Below, piece after piece: positions 1 through 9,006 of a stretch of 30,242 bases of DNA; positions within the stretch are counted from its first letter, which is position 1; each line of letters starts with the position of its first letter. The stretch is from positions 1 to 30,242 of the forward strand of contig CAVPRW010000043.1 of assembly GCA_963707985.1 (NCBI GenBank), in the 5' to 3' direction. The notes beneath the pieces were generated by a model. That model was given only the letters and a program-made list of their open reading frames with translations, made no database searches and was not told the origin of the DNA. The translations under genes and the position numbers were made by a program. The stretch is from an uncultured Nitrospinota bacterium. Its GTDB lineage: Bacteria > Tectomicrobia > Entotheonellia > J063 > CAVPRW01.

Positions 1-165
1 GGGAGGAGAAATCCTTTTTGAATGTATTCCCTACAAACGTTAGTATTCAGAGCCACCTCTGGCTCATGCCACCCAACAGCAGTGTAGACGTCATGCAATT
101 TCGTTATCTTGGCATCCCCGTCCCCCGGATACAAGCTCAAGAGCGGTAGTCTCGCAGTTTGCGCA

Positions 166-1391
166 TCAAGCTCTCCACCTGGTGCGTTGATCCACTTCGT
201 GGCCTCTCAGCGCATCGGTGTCACTGTCGATCAACCGTGCCAACCCTGCCGCAGCTTGCCCAATTGCGCTTCGAGCGTTGGGTATTCTGACAAATCCGCT
301 CGCCGCCAAAGCGATACGCATCGGTGCCCAAGCATCGATAATAGGCGTACGCCCGGGGTTTGCCCTTGCGGGCACTGGGACTGAGCCGTGTCCCATAGTA
401 CGCATAACCACAGTGCTGGCACTGCACTAGGCCCTGGAGCAGATAGAACGTCCCCGGCTGAGATTGCCGGGCGTGACGTTGATTGTCCCGCAATGGCTCC
501 TGGACCGCCGCAAACGATCTCGGGCTCCACCATCGCCGGGACCGGAATCGTGATCCCACTCCGGCCTGGGGGACATCGACGGTCGAGATACGGCGCGCCG
601 TGGCTGCAGCGGGCGCCCACGCTGCGTCCGCAGCCGCGGCCGCAGCGGGTCTTGTGCGGGTCTTCCCAAACGCAGCGGTCCCCATATAGGCAGGATTCTT
701 CAACATGCCCCACACCGACACTGCGATCCCACATGGTCTTGCCGGTCCGGGTCACTTCGCCCGCCTGCGTGAGCCGCCGACAGACCTCGCCAATCGTCAC
801 GCGGTCACGGCCGACCCAGGCAAAGAGCTGGCGGACTACCTGGGCTTCCTCGGGCACCAGCTCATACCGGGCCTGCCCATGCCCCGCATACTTCGGGACT
901 AGACGATACCCATAGGGCGCCCCGATGAGCACGTTCACGGTGCCGGCCAGGGCCGCGTGCAGCTTGCCGCGCCGATGGCGTTCGATCATCTTGGCGCGCT
1001 CATACTCGGCCATCATGCCCTGGACGTGCCACCGCAGGTCCGTCCTCTGGACTCCAGCCCAACTCCCAGTTCAAACAGCTGCCCTTCTCCCCCGACTCGC
1101 TGGAACTCGTCGACCAGCAGCACTTGGTCCGCATAGTTGCGGGCCAGTCGATCCGGTGAGTGCACAGAGGGCCGGTCCACCGCGCCAGCGGTCGCCAGAT
1201 CGCGCAACCGCTCCAGCCCGGGCCGCACAAGGGTTGCCCCCAGCCTTCGTCGAGGCACTGCAGAGCCTCCGACCATGGGAGCCCGGCAGCGGCCGCTCGC
1301 GCAAGGCCACGACTTGGCTCGCCCCAGTGTGGGCCTCGGACGGTTGGGCCGACGAGACCCGGGCGTGCAGAGCGGCCTGGGTAGAGTTCAT
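166..1391 (-). pseudogene. Large serine recombinase (resolvase + recombinase + Zn-ribbon), frameshifted and internally deleted
   Basis: Pieces in several frames: MNSTQAALHARVSS (decayed YARVSS), LERLRDL..VHSPDRLAR, GMMAEYERAKMIERHRRGK..GAPYGY, MLKNPAYMG, YLLQGLVQCQHCG..YYRC, LEAQLGKLRQG. GGAGGAG RBS precedes the ATG at 1391. Confidence 0.9.
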
Positions 1392-1649
1392 GAGACGGCT
1401 CTCCTCCCTCCTGGACCATTGTGTCCTCAACCGCCGGTCTCCCCATGGGCCGCTGGCGGTTATCCGCCCGGTCGAGCCTCGTCCGCTTCACGGGCGGCGC
1501 CAATGGGGCGCTGGGCCTGCGCTGCTCGGCATCGATGACTTGATAATATTTTTTCTCGTCCATGCAATGGGCTCCGGTGGTGTACCCACCTTTCTCACCG
1601 TGTCCCACGTTTCAGCCGGGCGAAGACCAGCGACAGCCTTCTGCGTGCC

Positions 1650-2536
1650 CTAGGCCACGAAACAATCCTTGACATAGGGGGAATGGTTGTCGGTGCCGTG
1701 CAGACGCCGCTCATTTGTGTCGTTGTCGGTGAAGAGCAGTTCCGGCGCGTCCTCGCAGCAGAGCTGGCGCTCACCATAGTGGTAATGTTCCAGTTCGATG
1801 ATCGCGGCGTTTCGCAGGGGCTCTCCGGCGCTGAGGCGGGGGCGTCGCGCATCATACCCCCAGGACCATGTATTACGGAACCAGATCGTCGGTAGGAGGT
1901 CTAGCTCAGCGGTTTCAGGTCCGTGGTTGATGACCTGAATGCGGATCAGGATGTCTTCAGGGCTGCCTTTGGCGTACTCCACGAAGATATCAAAGTAACG
2001 ATCGTCATCGAACACACCCGTGTCGAGCAGCTCATATTCCAGCACCTGTCGGCTGCGGCGGCGATTCTCTTCAACCAGCGGCACATACGGATACGCAGTC
2101 TGCGGATACTTGTAGAGAAACCTCATATACGAGTGCGTTGGCGTGGAGTCCAGATAGAAGTAATACTCTTTGACGTCCTCGCCGTGGTTCCCTTCGCTAC
2201 CTGTGAGGCCAAAGAGTCGCTCCTTGAGAATGGTGTCGCGGCCATTCCAAAGCGCTACAGCAAAGCAAATGGCTTGATGGCGGTCGCAGATGCCACCGAT
2301 ACCGTCTTCCCCCCAGCGATAGGCTTTCGAGCGGGCGTGATCGTGCGGGAAATGGTTCCAGGCGTTGCCATGTGGACTATAATCCTCTCGCACTGTGCCC
2401 CAAGCCCGCTCGCTAAGCTATGGGCCCCAGCGTTTCCAGTGAGCGCTACGATGCTGGGATTCTTGGAGCCGCTGCTCTCCTCAGGGATGAGAACGTCTTG
2501 TCCTTCGCGTGAACGCGAGCGCCTACGTGGGCGCAT
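1650..2536 (-). pseudogene. GH63/MGH1-like glucosidase, N-terminal part only
   Basis: [71 protein letters not shown]. An in-frame TAG replaces the expected Tyr, there is a frameshift near 2475, and the gene ends after YVKD, far short of a full-length family member. Confidence 0.88.
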
Positions 2537-2552
2537 GTTCTCTCCTTTCCTG

Positions 2553-2820
2553 TTATCGCTCGATCAGCTGCATGGCGCGCCCATCAGGATCGCGCACCAG
2601 CAGCCCAGCCGTGAATCCCGGTTGACTGTCGGCCAGAGCGATAAGGCTCGGCGACACGACAGCGAACGTCCCGGCCCGCAGTCGGTGGGCCACACTGGCG
2701 ATATCACGTGTCACCAGCGTCATCTGCCAATGCATCAAATCATTGGCCCGCACGTCACTAGGCATTGGACGCCCATCACGCGGTGTCAAATACTCCAGAA
2801 ACTCGATGCCGGGATCTTTG
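2553..2820 (-). pseudogene. VOC/glyoxalase-family protein, C-terminal fragment
   Basis: PGIEFLEYLTPRDGRP..NDLMHWQ..GLLVRDPDGRAMQLIE (RDPDG motif); the N-terminal half is absent. Confidence 0.75.
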
Positions 2821-2912
2821 GCTGCCCTTTGTGTCATGTATACTCGATTATTGGCCTGCTCGCTGTCCTAAATCAAACCACACAAGGTGCGCGCACGTGA
2901 TCTGCGGTGGCA

Positions 2913-2964
2913 CATCCCCCGGCGCGTTGCGCTCCGCCTTTGACAAAGGGGGCCGGGGGGAATT
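2913..2964. repeat. REP-like palindromic element / possible stem-loop
   Basis: ATCCCCCGG...CCGGGGGGAAT outer arms enclose a CCTTTGACAAAGG palindrome, between the GMC stop and the VOC remnant. Confidence 0.4.
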
Positions 2965-3012
2965 TTTGCTAACGACGACATCCACAGGTGACCCAATGTC
3001 GTGGGGTGCCAT

Positions 3013-3504
3013 TTAGGCCAATTTTTCTAGGAGATGATCCCCCACCCGCAGCGCATTGGCCATGATGGTCAAGGCCGGATTCACCGCGCCGCTGGACGGG
3101 AAGAAGCTGGCGTCGACGACATAGAGGTTGTCCACGTCGTGCGTCTTACAGGTGACTTGGAGATTGCCATCAACACCGAGTTGATAGTGCCCATCTAATG
3201 TCGTCCCACCACGCCCGAGCTGTTGGCCAGACCGTTGGGGTGTCTGTCGTTGGCTGAACGCAGTAGCAGAGCGGCTGAGTTAATAGCCCCACGCGACACG
3301 ACGACGATGTCGGCGGAATAGACTTCCTGCTGGCCACCGCGCTCCACATGGACGGCAGTCACCTCTTGCCCGGAAGTATTGGTTGCCAGCCGCGATATGT
3401 GAGCGTTGGTCAGCAAGGTGACATTTGGATGCTGCAATGCGGGCTCTACCCCACCTACCTGGGCGTCCGCTGATGATCAGGTCATAATGCTGCATCTGAG
3501 GCAT
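3013..3504 (-). pseudogene. GMC family oxidoreductase with two large internal deletions
   Basis: Start MPQMQHYDLII joins directly to mid-protein ADAQV..GAINSAALLLRSANDRHPNGLANSSGVVGRH*, which joins to the C-terminus CKTHDVDNLYVVDASFFPSSGAVNPALTIMANALRVGDHLLEKLA*. The GxGxxG FAD motif is lost. Confidence 0.88.
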
Positions 3505-3526
3505 GGTCGTCTCCCTCGCCCTAGAT

Positions 3527-4030
3527 CTATTTGGGGGGGGTCAACGGCGCTGTGGCAAAGTTCACGCCAAAGCGGCGGCACCAGATCGTCACCGATTGAT
3601 ACTGACTGAGGTCGATGTTGGTGGGAACCTCGTAATTTTGATCGCCTTGGTTCCCTTTCATAGCCCCGAGATCGATAAAGCCAGCTCGGGTCACGGTTTC
3701 ATTGTCTGAGGCATCCTTGGCGGCGACCAGGTAGACACGTACGTCCGGCCCGTTGGAGGTCTCGAACGTGGTGAAGCGCACGAGGCGTTTGCCATCGCCC
3801 AGTTGATGGATGGTTGCCACCCCACTCGTTTCATGGGAAACACTGTGGAAACGGCCGGTGGCCAGCACTGACGTCTGGGGGTCTCTTGCCGCGCTAGCAA
3901 TGGAGGCACTCGCGGGCAGTGTCTCGTTGACTGTTTTGTTGATAAAGATCAACTCCGGGCGGAAGAGATACCACCCAACGGCTCCCACCACGACAACGAT
4001 TGACCCGATGATCAGCTTAGGTTTTAACAT
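3527..4030 (-). CDS. DM13 domain protein with N-terminal membrane anchor
   Basis: 167 aa: TM segment, G.F...HETSG.A, FETSNGPDVRVYL, DLGAMKGNQGDQNYE, VTIWCRRFGVNFATA; AGGAGG RBS. Confidence 0.92.
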   Translation of the reverse strand: MLKPKLIIGSIVVVVGAVGWYLFRPELIFINKTVNETLPASASIASAARDPQTSVLATGRFHSVSHETSGVATIHQLGDGKRLVRFTTFETSNGPDVRVYLVAAKDASDNETVTRAGFIDLGAMKGNQGDQNYEVPTNIDLSQYQSVTIWCRRFGVNFATAPLTPPK

Positions 4031-4120
4031 CTGTCAACCTCCTTTTCGAAGCTCATACCATGTCTTGGAAAAGCGCTCACACCGTGTGGCGCCTCCAGTG
4101 ATCTCGCCTTTCGACGGTAT

Positions 4121-4145
4121 AACAACTGCCGCGGAAAAAGGTTCC
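4121..4145 (-). promoter_or_regulatory. Possible ECF sigma promoter for the DM13 operon
   Basis: GGAAC-N17-GTT about 90 bp upstream of the DM13 start; a short motif that could be chance. Confidence 0.3.
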
Positions 4146-4301
4146 CGCGTTCCTTCCAAGGAATTACAACCCCAGACCTCACTGGGCATAGGCGCCCGGA
4201 GCGGGGGAGTGACAGTGGGTAATGGCAGGCTCCGCTGCGGGGAGACCGGGTCAAGAAGCGTGTTGTGGGGGATGGCTGAACGGGGGGGGCGACGGGCCAG
4301 T

Positions 4302-4616
4302 TTACCCAAGTAGGCGGAGGCCGAAGATACCAATGACGATGAGGAGAATACAGCCTAGCCTTAATGCTTCCAGAGGCTCAGCGAAAAGGACAATGCCCAG
4401 GATTGCGGTCCCGACGGTACCTATGCCAGTCCAGACAGCGTATGCTGTCCCGATTGGCAACGTTTTCAGCGCGTGTGCCAGTAGTATGAAACTCAATGCC
4501 ATACAGACCACCGTAGCCACGGTTGGCCACAGCCGTGTGAAGCCGTAGGTATACTTTAGGCCAATCGCCCAGCTAACTTCGAAGAACCCTGCCACCAACA
4601 ATGCCAGCCACGCCAC
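4302..4616 (-). CDS. sugE: SMR family exporter, SugE/Gdx subtype
   Basis: 104 aa, four TM helices: [46 protein letters not shown] start; TATAAT on the minus strand at 4675-4680. Confidence 0.92.
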   Translation of the reverse strand: MAWLALLVAGFFEVSWAIGLKYTYGFTRLWPTVATVVCMALSFILLAHALKTLPIGTAYAVWTGIGTVGTAILGIVLFAEPLEALRLGCILLIVIGIFGLRLLG

Positions 4617-5035
4617 GTCGAATGCCCCTCAGCTTCCCATGCCTGTCACGAATACAGTGCCCCACGACGGGGTCATTATAGCTGAAAGACCAGGAGCTCA
4701 GGCGAAGCGAAGCAAGAGCGTCAACATAAAGCCGACCGGCGTGGCGAACTACGTCAAAATTTCCGCAATGAGAGTGGGGAGTGACGCTGATTTTACCCGA
4801 TGGTTACCCCCTCGAATAGGTTAGCCAAGGGCGCGGCACTGTGGTGTTGTTGTGGTCGTAGCGGTCCGCGTCAGCATAGATTGCCAGCGGTCGATAGCAC
4901 TGTATGTATACTTCAGGTGTATGTCGGTGCCGCCGAACCACGCGAGGAGTTGGGGCTGGAGCGCGACGTGACGACGCTTGGAGCAGATCCGACTGGTCGG
5001 TTGCCGCCCGGCCTGCCCGTGTAGCATCATGCCTC

Positions 5036-5806
5036 TCACGGGCTCCCCCCCGGCATGTAGCGCTCTCCTGGTCGTGGCCGAGCAGCGTACCACCCTAAAT
5101 CCGGATCGTGCTCGTTCCCAGCCATCTCGCGGATGAGCTTCCTGAGAATCGCGTCGGCGAAGGTCTCGTAGCTCTCCGCCGCGATGACGAATGCGCCCGG
5201 GCCGCCGATCACATGGCCTGAGAAATAGCGTTCGAGATCGGGTTCCAGCGCCAGGATCGGTAAGCCATTGATGATGATGCCGGCGCGCACCGCGTCGTCG
5301 CGGGCTCCCGCGGCTGGCCGGCCACGGTTGTTGAAGCCGTCGCCGGAAACGTCGATGACGCGGCGTGTCCCCTTGAACTGGCTCTCCAGTATCAGCGGCA
5401 CGGCATAGTCGATGAGGCCACTGATTGAGGTCCCGCCACTGAAGAGCTGGCGCGGCGTGGCCGCAATCGCGGCGGCAAACGCATGCGCCGTCTGCTCATC
5501 CTTGATCAAGGTCCACGGCAGCACCTGGATCTGGAGCGCTGGGCCGGTCCATTGCACCATGGTGACCGCAATCGCCTGCGTGGCACCCGACTGGATCGCG
5601 CGCAGCACGCGCAGATCGCGGAATGCTGCCACATAGCCCTGCTGCTGCAGCTCGAAGCGCCGCTGGTCGACGCTACCCGAAGCGTCGACCGCCAGCACCA
5701 ACTGCAAGTCGACTGCGGTCTGGGTGAACGCTGGCGTGCAGACGCTGCAGGCCAGCAACATCGCGGCCGCGAAGCGGATGGCGTCAAGAGCCGAAATCAG
5801 GTGCAT
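5036..5806 (-). CDS. DUF1194 (vWA-like) secreted protein
   Basis: Signal peptide, VDLQLVLAVDASGSVD, GTSISG, RRVIDVSGDG.NN.G, INGLPI, VIGGPGAFV, FADAILRKLIRE. Confidence 0.9.
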   Translation of the reverse strand: MHLISALDAIRFAAAMLLACSVCTPAFTQTAVDLQLVLAVDASGSVDQRRFELQQQGYVAAFRDLRVLRAIQSGATQAIAVTMVQWTGPALQIQVLPWTLIKDEQTAHAFAAAIAATPRQLFSGGTSISGLIDYAVPLILESQFKGTRRVIDVSGDGFNNRGRPAAGARDDAVRAGIIINGLPILALEPDLERYFSGHVIGGPGAFVIAAESYETFADAILRKLIREMAGNEHDPDLGWYAARPRPGERYMPGGSP

Positions 5807-5984
5807 AGGTGGTCACCAATCGACGCGCCATAACAAGATGCAACAACACACGGTCTGCAACTCATCCTTAACCCCTGACAGGGGGAGAGAAGCGCGCTCC
5901 CCCACTTTCCCACGCCTTCCTGAGACCTTCCTCCCGTGGGATATCGACACTCTCTACCCTATCCCATCTTAAGGCACCTGTCCA

Positions 5985-6080
5985 GGCCGTCCACTGGGGG
6001 TAGGTCTCGAAGCCCGAATGGGCGCGGACTTCCTCGACGGTCACTTGGACCGCCCAGCGCGCATCACCATCCACGACAAG
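5985..6080 (-). mobile_element. IS701-like transposase scrap
   Basis: ARWAVQVTVEEVRAHSGFETYPQW resembles the RW.vEvTFEE.RAHLG.ETQRQW segment of IS701-like DDE transposases. Confidence 0.55.
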
Positions 6081-6289
6081 ATTTACGCTGGCGTGGCCTG
6101 CAGGTCCGCAGGGTGATGAGCCATCCAAGGAGAATCCGACTGCCCTGGAGGGTCGACCATGTGGCGCGGTTGAACACCCGATGGTTGTTCGTAAAGCGGC
6201 ACTCCGTGGCCAACCCCGTTGCCCGTAAAGCAGCCATCACGGTGCAAGCCCCAGGCGTGGGTATGGCCCCCAGGAGTCAGACCTGTGCA

Positions 6290-6450
6290 TGCAACCCGAC
6301 ACATTCGACGTTCTGGGCTTCGCGCACATCTGCGAGCCGCACCGGAAGACCAGCGACTGTATCGTCCGCCGCGAGACGGCGCGCAAGCGCATGGTGACCC
6401 AGCTGAAGGGGCTGCACCAGCAGATGCGGCTGCTCCGCCTCCGCAGTCAG
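6290..6450 (+). pseudogene. Group II intron RT fragment (RT7 / start of domain X)
   Basis: QPDTFDVLGFAHICEPHRKT..IVRRETARKRM..QLKGLHQQMR resembles the conserved PETFDFLGFTH.C..RKT.RKRM segment. Confidence 0.7.
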
Positions 6451-6469
6451 TGGCAACCGTGACCGGACA

Positions 6470-6810
6470 AGGCGGATCGGACACATCAAGGCACACCTCA
6501 TGGCGGGGCATAGCCCCCACAGCAGCCAGCCAAAAGCAGCAGCGGTTTGGTAACCTCCCCGAGCGGTTCACTGCGGCCCGGCTGCACGAGTGCTGGCCCG
6601 CCATCAACAAACATGCTGCGTACGGCGTGGACCGGGTCAGCGCCGAGGATGACGCACAGCACCTCGCGAAAACCATGTGGGACCTCGTCGACAGATTGAC
6701 AAGGCAGACCGACCGCGCGACACTGGTGCGACGCCACGATATCCCGACAGGTGAGGGCCGCATGCGCCCCTTGAGGATACCCGCCATGGAAGCGCCGACA
6801 GAGAGTTAAG
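6470..6810 (+). pseudogene. Group II intron RT fragment (N-terminus, RT0-RT2)
   Basis: TSWRGIA..A..QKQQRFGNL..LHECW..INKHAAYGVDRVSA..DLVDRL....RATLVRRHDIPTGEGRMRPLRIPAME, a decayed VRR.YIPK.DG..RPLGIP. Confidence 0.8.
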
Positions 6811-6907
6811 CAACGGAGTCGCAGCTCGCAGAAGGCAGCGACGTCGAGGCGAGCAGGGAACCACATACGCATGACAGTACCCCTTTCTAGGGCGTACAGC
6901 AACGCTG

Positions 6908-8800
6908 TCATCCCCTTGGGAAAGTGTCGGCCACGTGTAATTCACGGAGCATGGCTTGTTTCTTGCTCTGATGACCATGCATCCGCCGGAGAATGTCGTC
7001 CAAGGCCTGCATTGCCTCGACGATGTATGGCCCCTTGTTGAGCATGACGCACTCGGCGCGGTGTCCCATGGCTGCGTCGGTGATCTCGGCCCGCGACGGC
7101 AGCCCTTCCTTGGCGAGGCTCTCCAACACCTGGGTGGCCCAGATGACCGGGACATGAGCCGCCTCGCAGAGCCATAACATCTCCTCCTGCACTTCAGCCA
7201 TGCGCTCGAAGCCACATTCCACCGCCAAGTCGCCGCGGGCGATCATCACTCCGCAACATGGAGCTTTCATGGCCGCCAACAGCAGCGCTGGAAGGTTCTC
7301 AAAACCGCGCCGTGTCTCAATCTTCAAGACGATGGCCGGTCGCCGATCGCCCACGCGGGCGAGGTGTTCCTGAAGTGTGTACACGTCCTCGACCCGATGG
7401 GCGAAGGATAGGGCGATCATATCTGCATGGTGGCTCATGAACGCCACATCCTCGAGGTCTTTGGCGGTCATGGCGGACAGACTAAGCGAGCTCTCGGGGA
7501 AGTTGATGCCCTTATCACTGCCCAGCTTGGCTCCCCTCGCTCGCGTCTGGGTGATACGGACGTGTATACCGTCGCTATCGCCTTGCTCGATCAAGCCGCC
7601 GATCTTGCCGTCATCAAACCAGATGGGCTCGCCCACGCGTACGTCATCGAAGACTTCCGGAGCTGTACAGGCGATCGTTGCCGGACTGAGGACTTCTCCA
7701 CCACGACCTAGGCGTGCGGGCTGGCCGGGCTCGATCCTCCGGGTCACGATCAGCACATCGCCCTGTTTCAGGGAGAGCGCTTGTTCTCGCGTTGGGAGAT
7801 CGCCTACGGGCGCTGTTTTCCTCTTGCGGTGACGACAGAGGACGGTGCCAGGGACGACATAGGCCGTTTTGTGGGCCTCCGCCCAGCACCCGTCGGTGGT
7901 CACGTCCACGACTTGCAGGGTTCGGAAGGCACCACGCGCATCGGTATACTCGAGGCGATCCCCCACCCTCAGCCCCTCCAACCAGTCCCCAGGGACGGGT
8001 AGGCAGGCATCGGCCGTCGACGGGGACGGTCGAGGCGAATCCTGAGCCGAGAGCCAGACGCGGGCGGGTCGAATCGCTCGACCGAACCCGTCCCTCTGGG
8101 GGCGGAACTTGATCACGGCCGGACGGGGCTCCAAGGGGCCGGTGCGGATTTTGGGACCGGCTACATCCATCAGAATACGGCATGAGCGGTGCGTCGCCTG
8201 CTCAGCTCGCCGCAGGTGCTCGATCATCTGCGACCAGGCCAGGGCATCGTCGTGGGCGCAGTTGATGCGCATGCAATCCATGCCGGCCGCCAGCAGACTA
8301 TGCACAAGGGTATAATCCCCTGCCGCTTCGCTGGGCATCGTGACCATAATGCGTACGCTGCGCCCCGGGGGCATCGGCCCGAGCAAGGCTTCCGTGTGTT
8401 CGTCCAGCCGACGCGGGCCAGCCGTGAAATCCAGCCCAGCCGGCTCCTGGGGAGGTCGCTGCCAGGGGCGTTGCACCATGTGGTGCAACGCTGTCAGGAC
8501 CGCGTCGAGGGTAGCCAGGACGTGGGACTCTGCCCGCCCCAGCGAGGAGAGTCCCAGCATGGCCAACTGCCCCTGCAACGGTCGTACATCTCTCCGACGC
8601 AGGGCGAGGTAATGCAACAGATTGCGGGCACTCTCCCGGTAATTCGGGTGCAGCTGAGCCAAGGATGCCTCGGACGTTGTGGCTAGGTGAACCATGTCAT
8701 CGCGAATCGCGCCTAATTGGCTGATCAGGTCCTCGACCTCGGCCTGCCGTAGTCGGGACTCGTTGGCGGGCTGTCCGGTGTTCACGCGAGCTCGTTTCAT
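6908..8800 (-). CDS. pyk: Pyruvate kinase, long atypical type
   Basis: 630 aa: GMDCMRINCAH, DVAGPKIRTG, FDDGKIG, KGINFP, LKIETRRG, MIARGDLAVE, WATQVLESL..G.PSRAEITDA, ECVMLNKG. Confidence 0.93.
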   Translation of the reverse strand: MKRARVNTGQPANESRLRQAEVEDLISQLGAIRDDMVHLATTSEASLAQLHPNYRESARNLLHYLALRRRDVRPLQGQLAMLGLSSLGRAESHVLATLDAVLTALHHMVQRPWQRPPQEPAGLDFTAGPRRLDEHTEALLGPMPPGRSVRIMVTMPSEAAGDYTLVHSLLAAGMDCMRINCAHDDALAWSQMIEHLRRAEQATHRSCRILMDVAGPKIRTGPLEPRPAVIKFRPQRDGFGRAIRPARVWLSAQDSPRPSPSTADACLPVPGDWLEGLRVGDRLEYTDARGAFRTLQVVDVTTDGCWAEAHKTAYVVPGTVLCRHRKRKTAPVGDLPTREQALSLKQGDVLIVTRRIEPGQPARLGRGGEVLSPATIACTAPEVFDDVRVGEPIWFDDGKIGGLIEQGDSDGIHVRITQTRARGAKLGSDKGINFPESSLSLSAMTAKDLEDVAFMSHHADMIALSFAHRVEDVYTLQEHLARVGDRRPAIVLKIETRRGFENLPALLLAAMKAPCCGVMIARGDLAVECGFERMAEVQEEMLWLCEAAHVPVIWATQVLESLAKEGLPSRAEITDAAMGHRAECVMLNKGPYIVEAMQALDDILRRMHGHQSKKQAMLRELHVADTFPRG

Positions 8801-9006
8801 GAGGGTGGCTCCAACAAGAGGGTGTCAGATAGTGGACTCGGTTCGTGAGTTATCCTAACGGGTGCTGGATCCCTATGCCCGTGCTCCAGGTGCCGCACAG
8901 CGACCTCCTCGAAGCGTTACCCCGTGAACGACTGCCGGCGAGGGCAGCGAGGCCAAGCTCGGGCACATGGACGCGGCCTGTGTGCCGCAGGTGGTCTGTG
9001 CTGTTG

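Noticed and set aside
4643..4674. Two ACGA-loop hairpins upstream of sugE, resembling a guanidine-II (mini-ykkC) riboswitch
   Set aside because: The ACGA loops are on the + strand while sugE is transcribed from the - strand (loops read UCGU); the linker is too short and the closing pairs are atypical.
4821..5093. 90-aa ORF between DUF1194 and sugE
   Set aside because: No motif, low-complexity end, and it overlaps the DUF1194 3' end.
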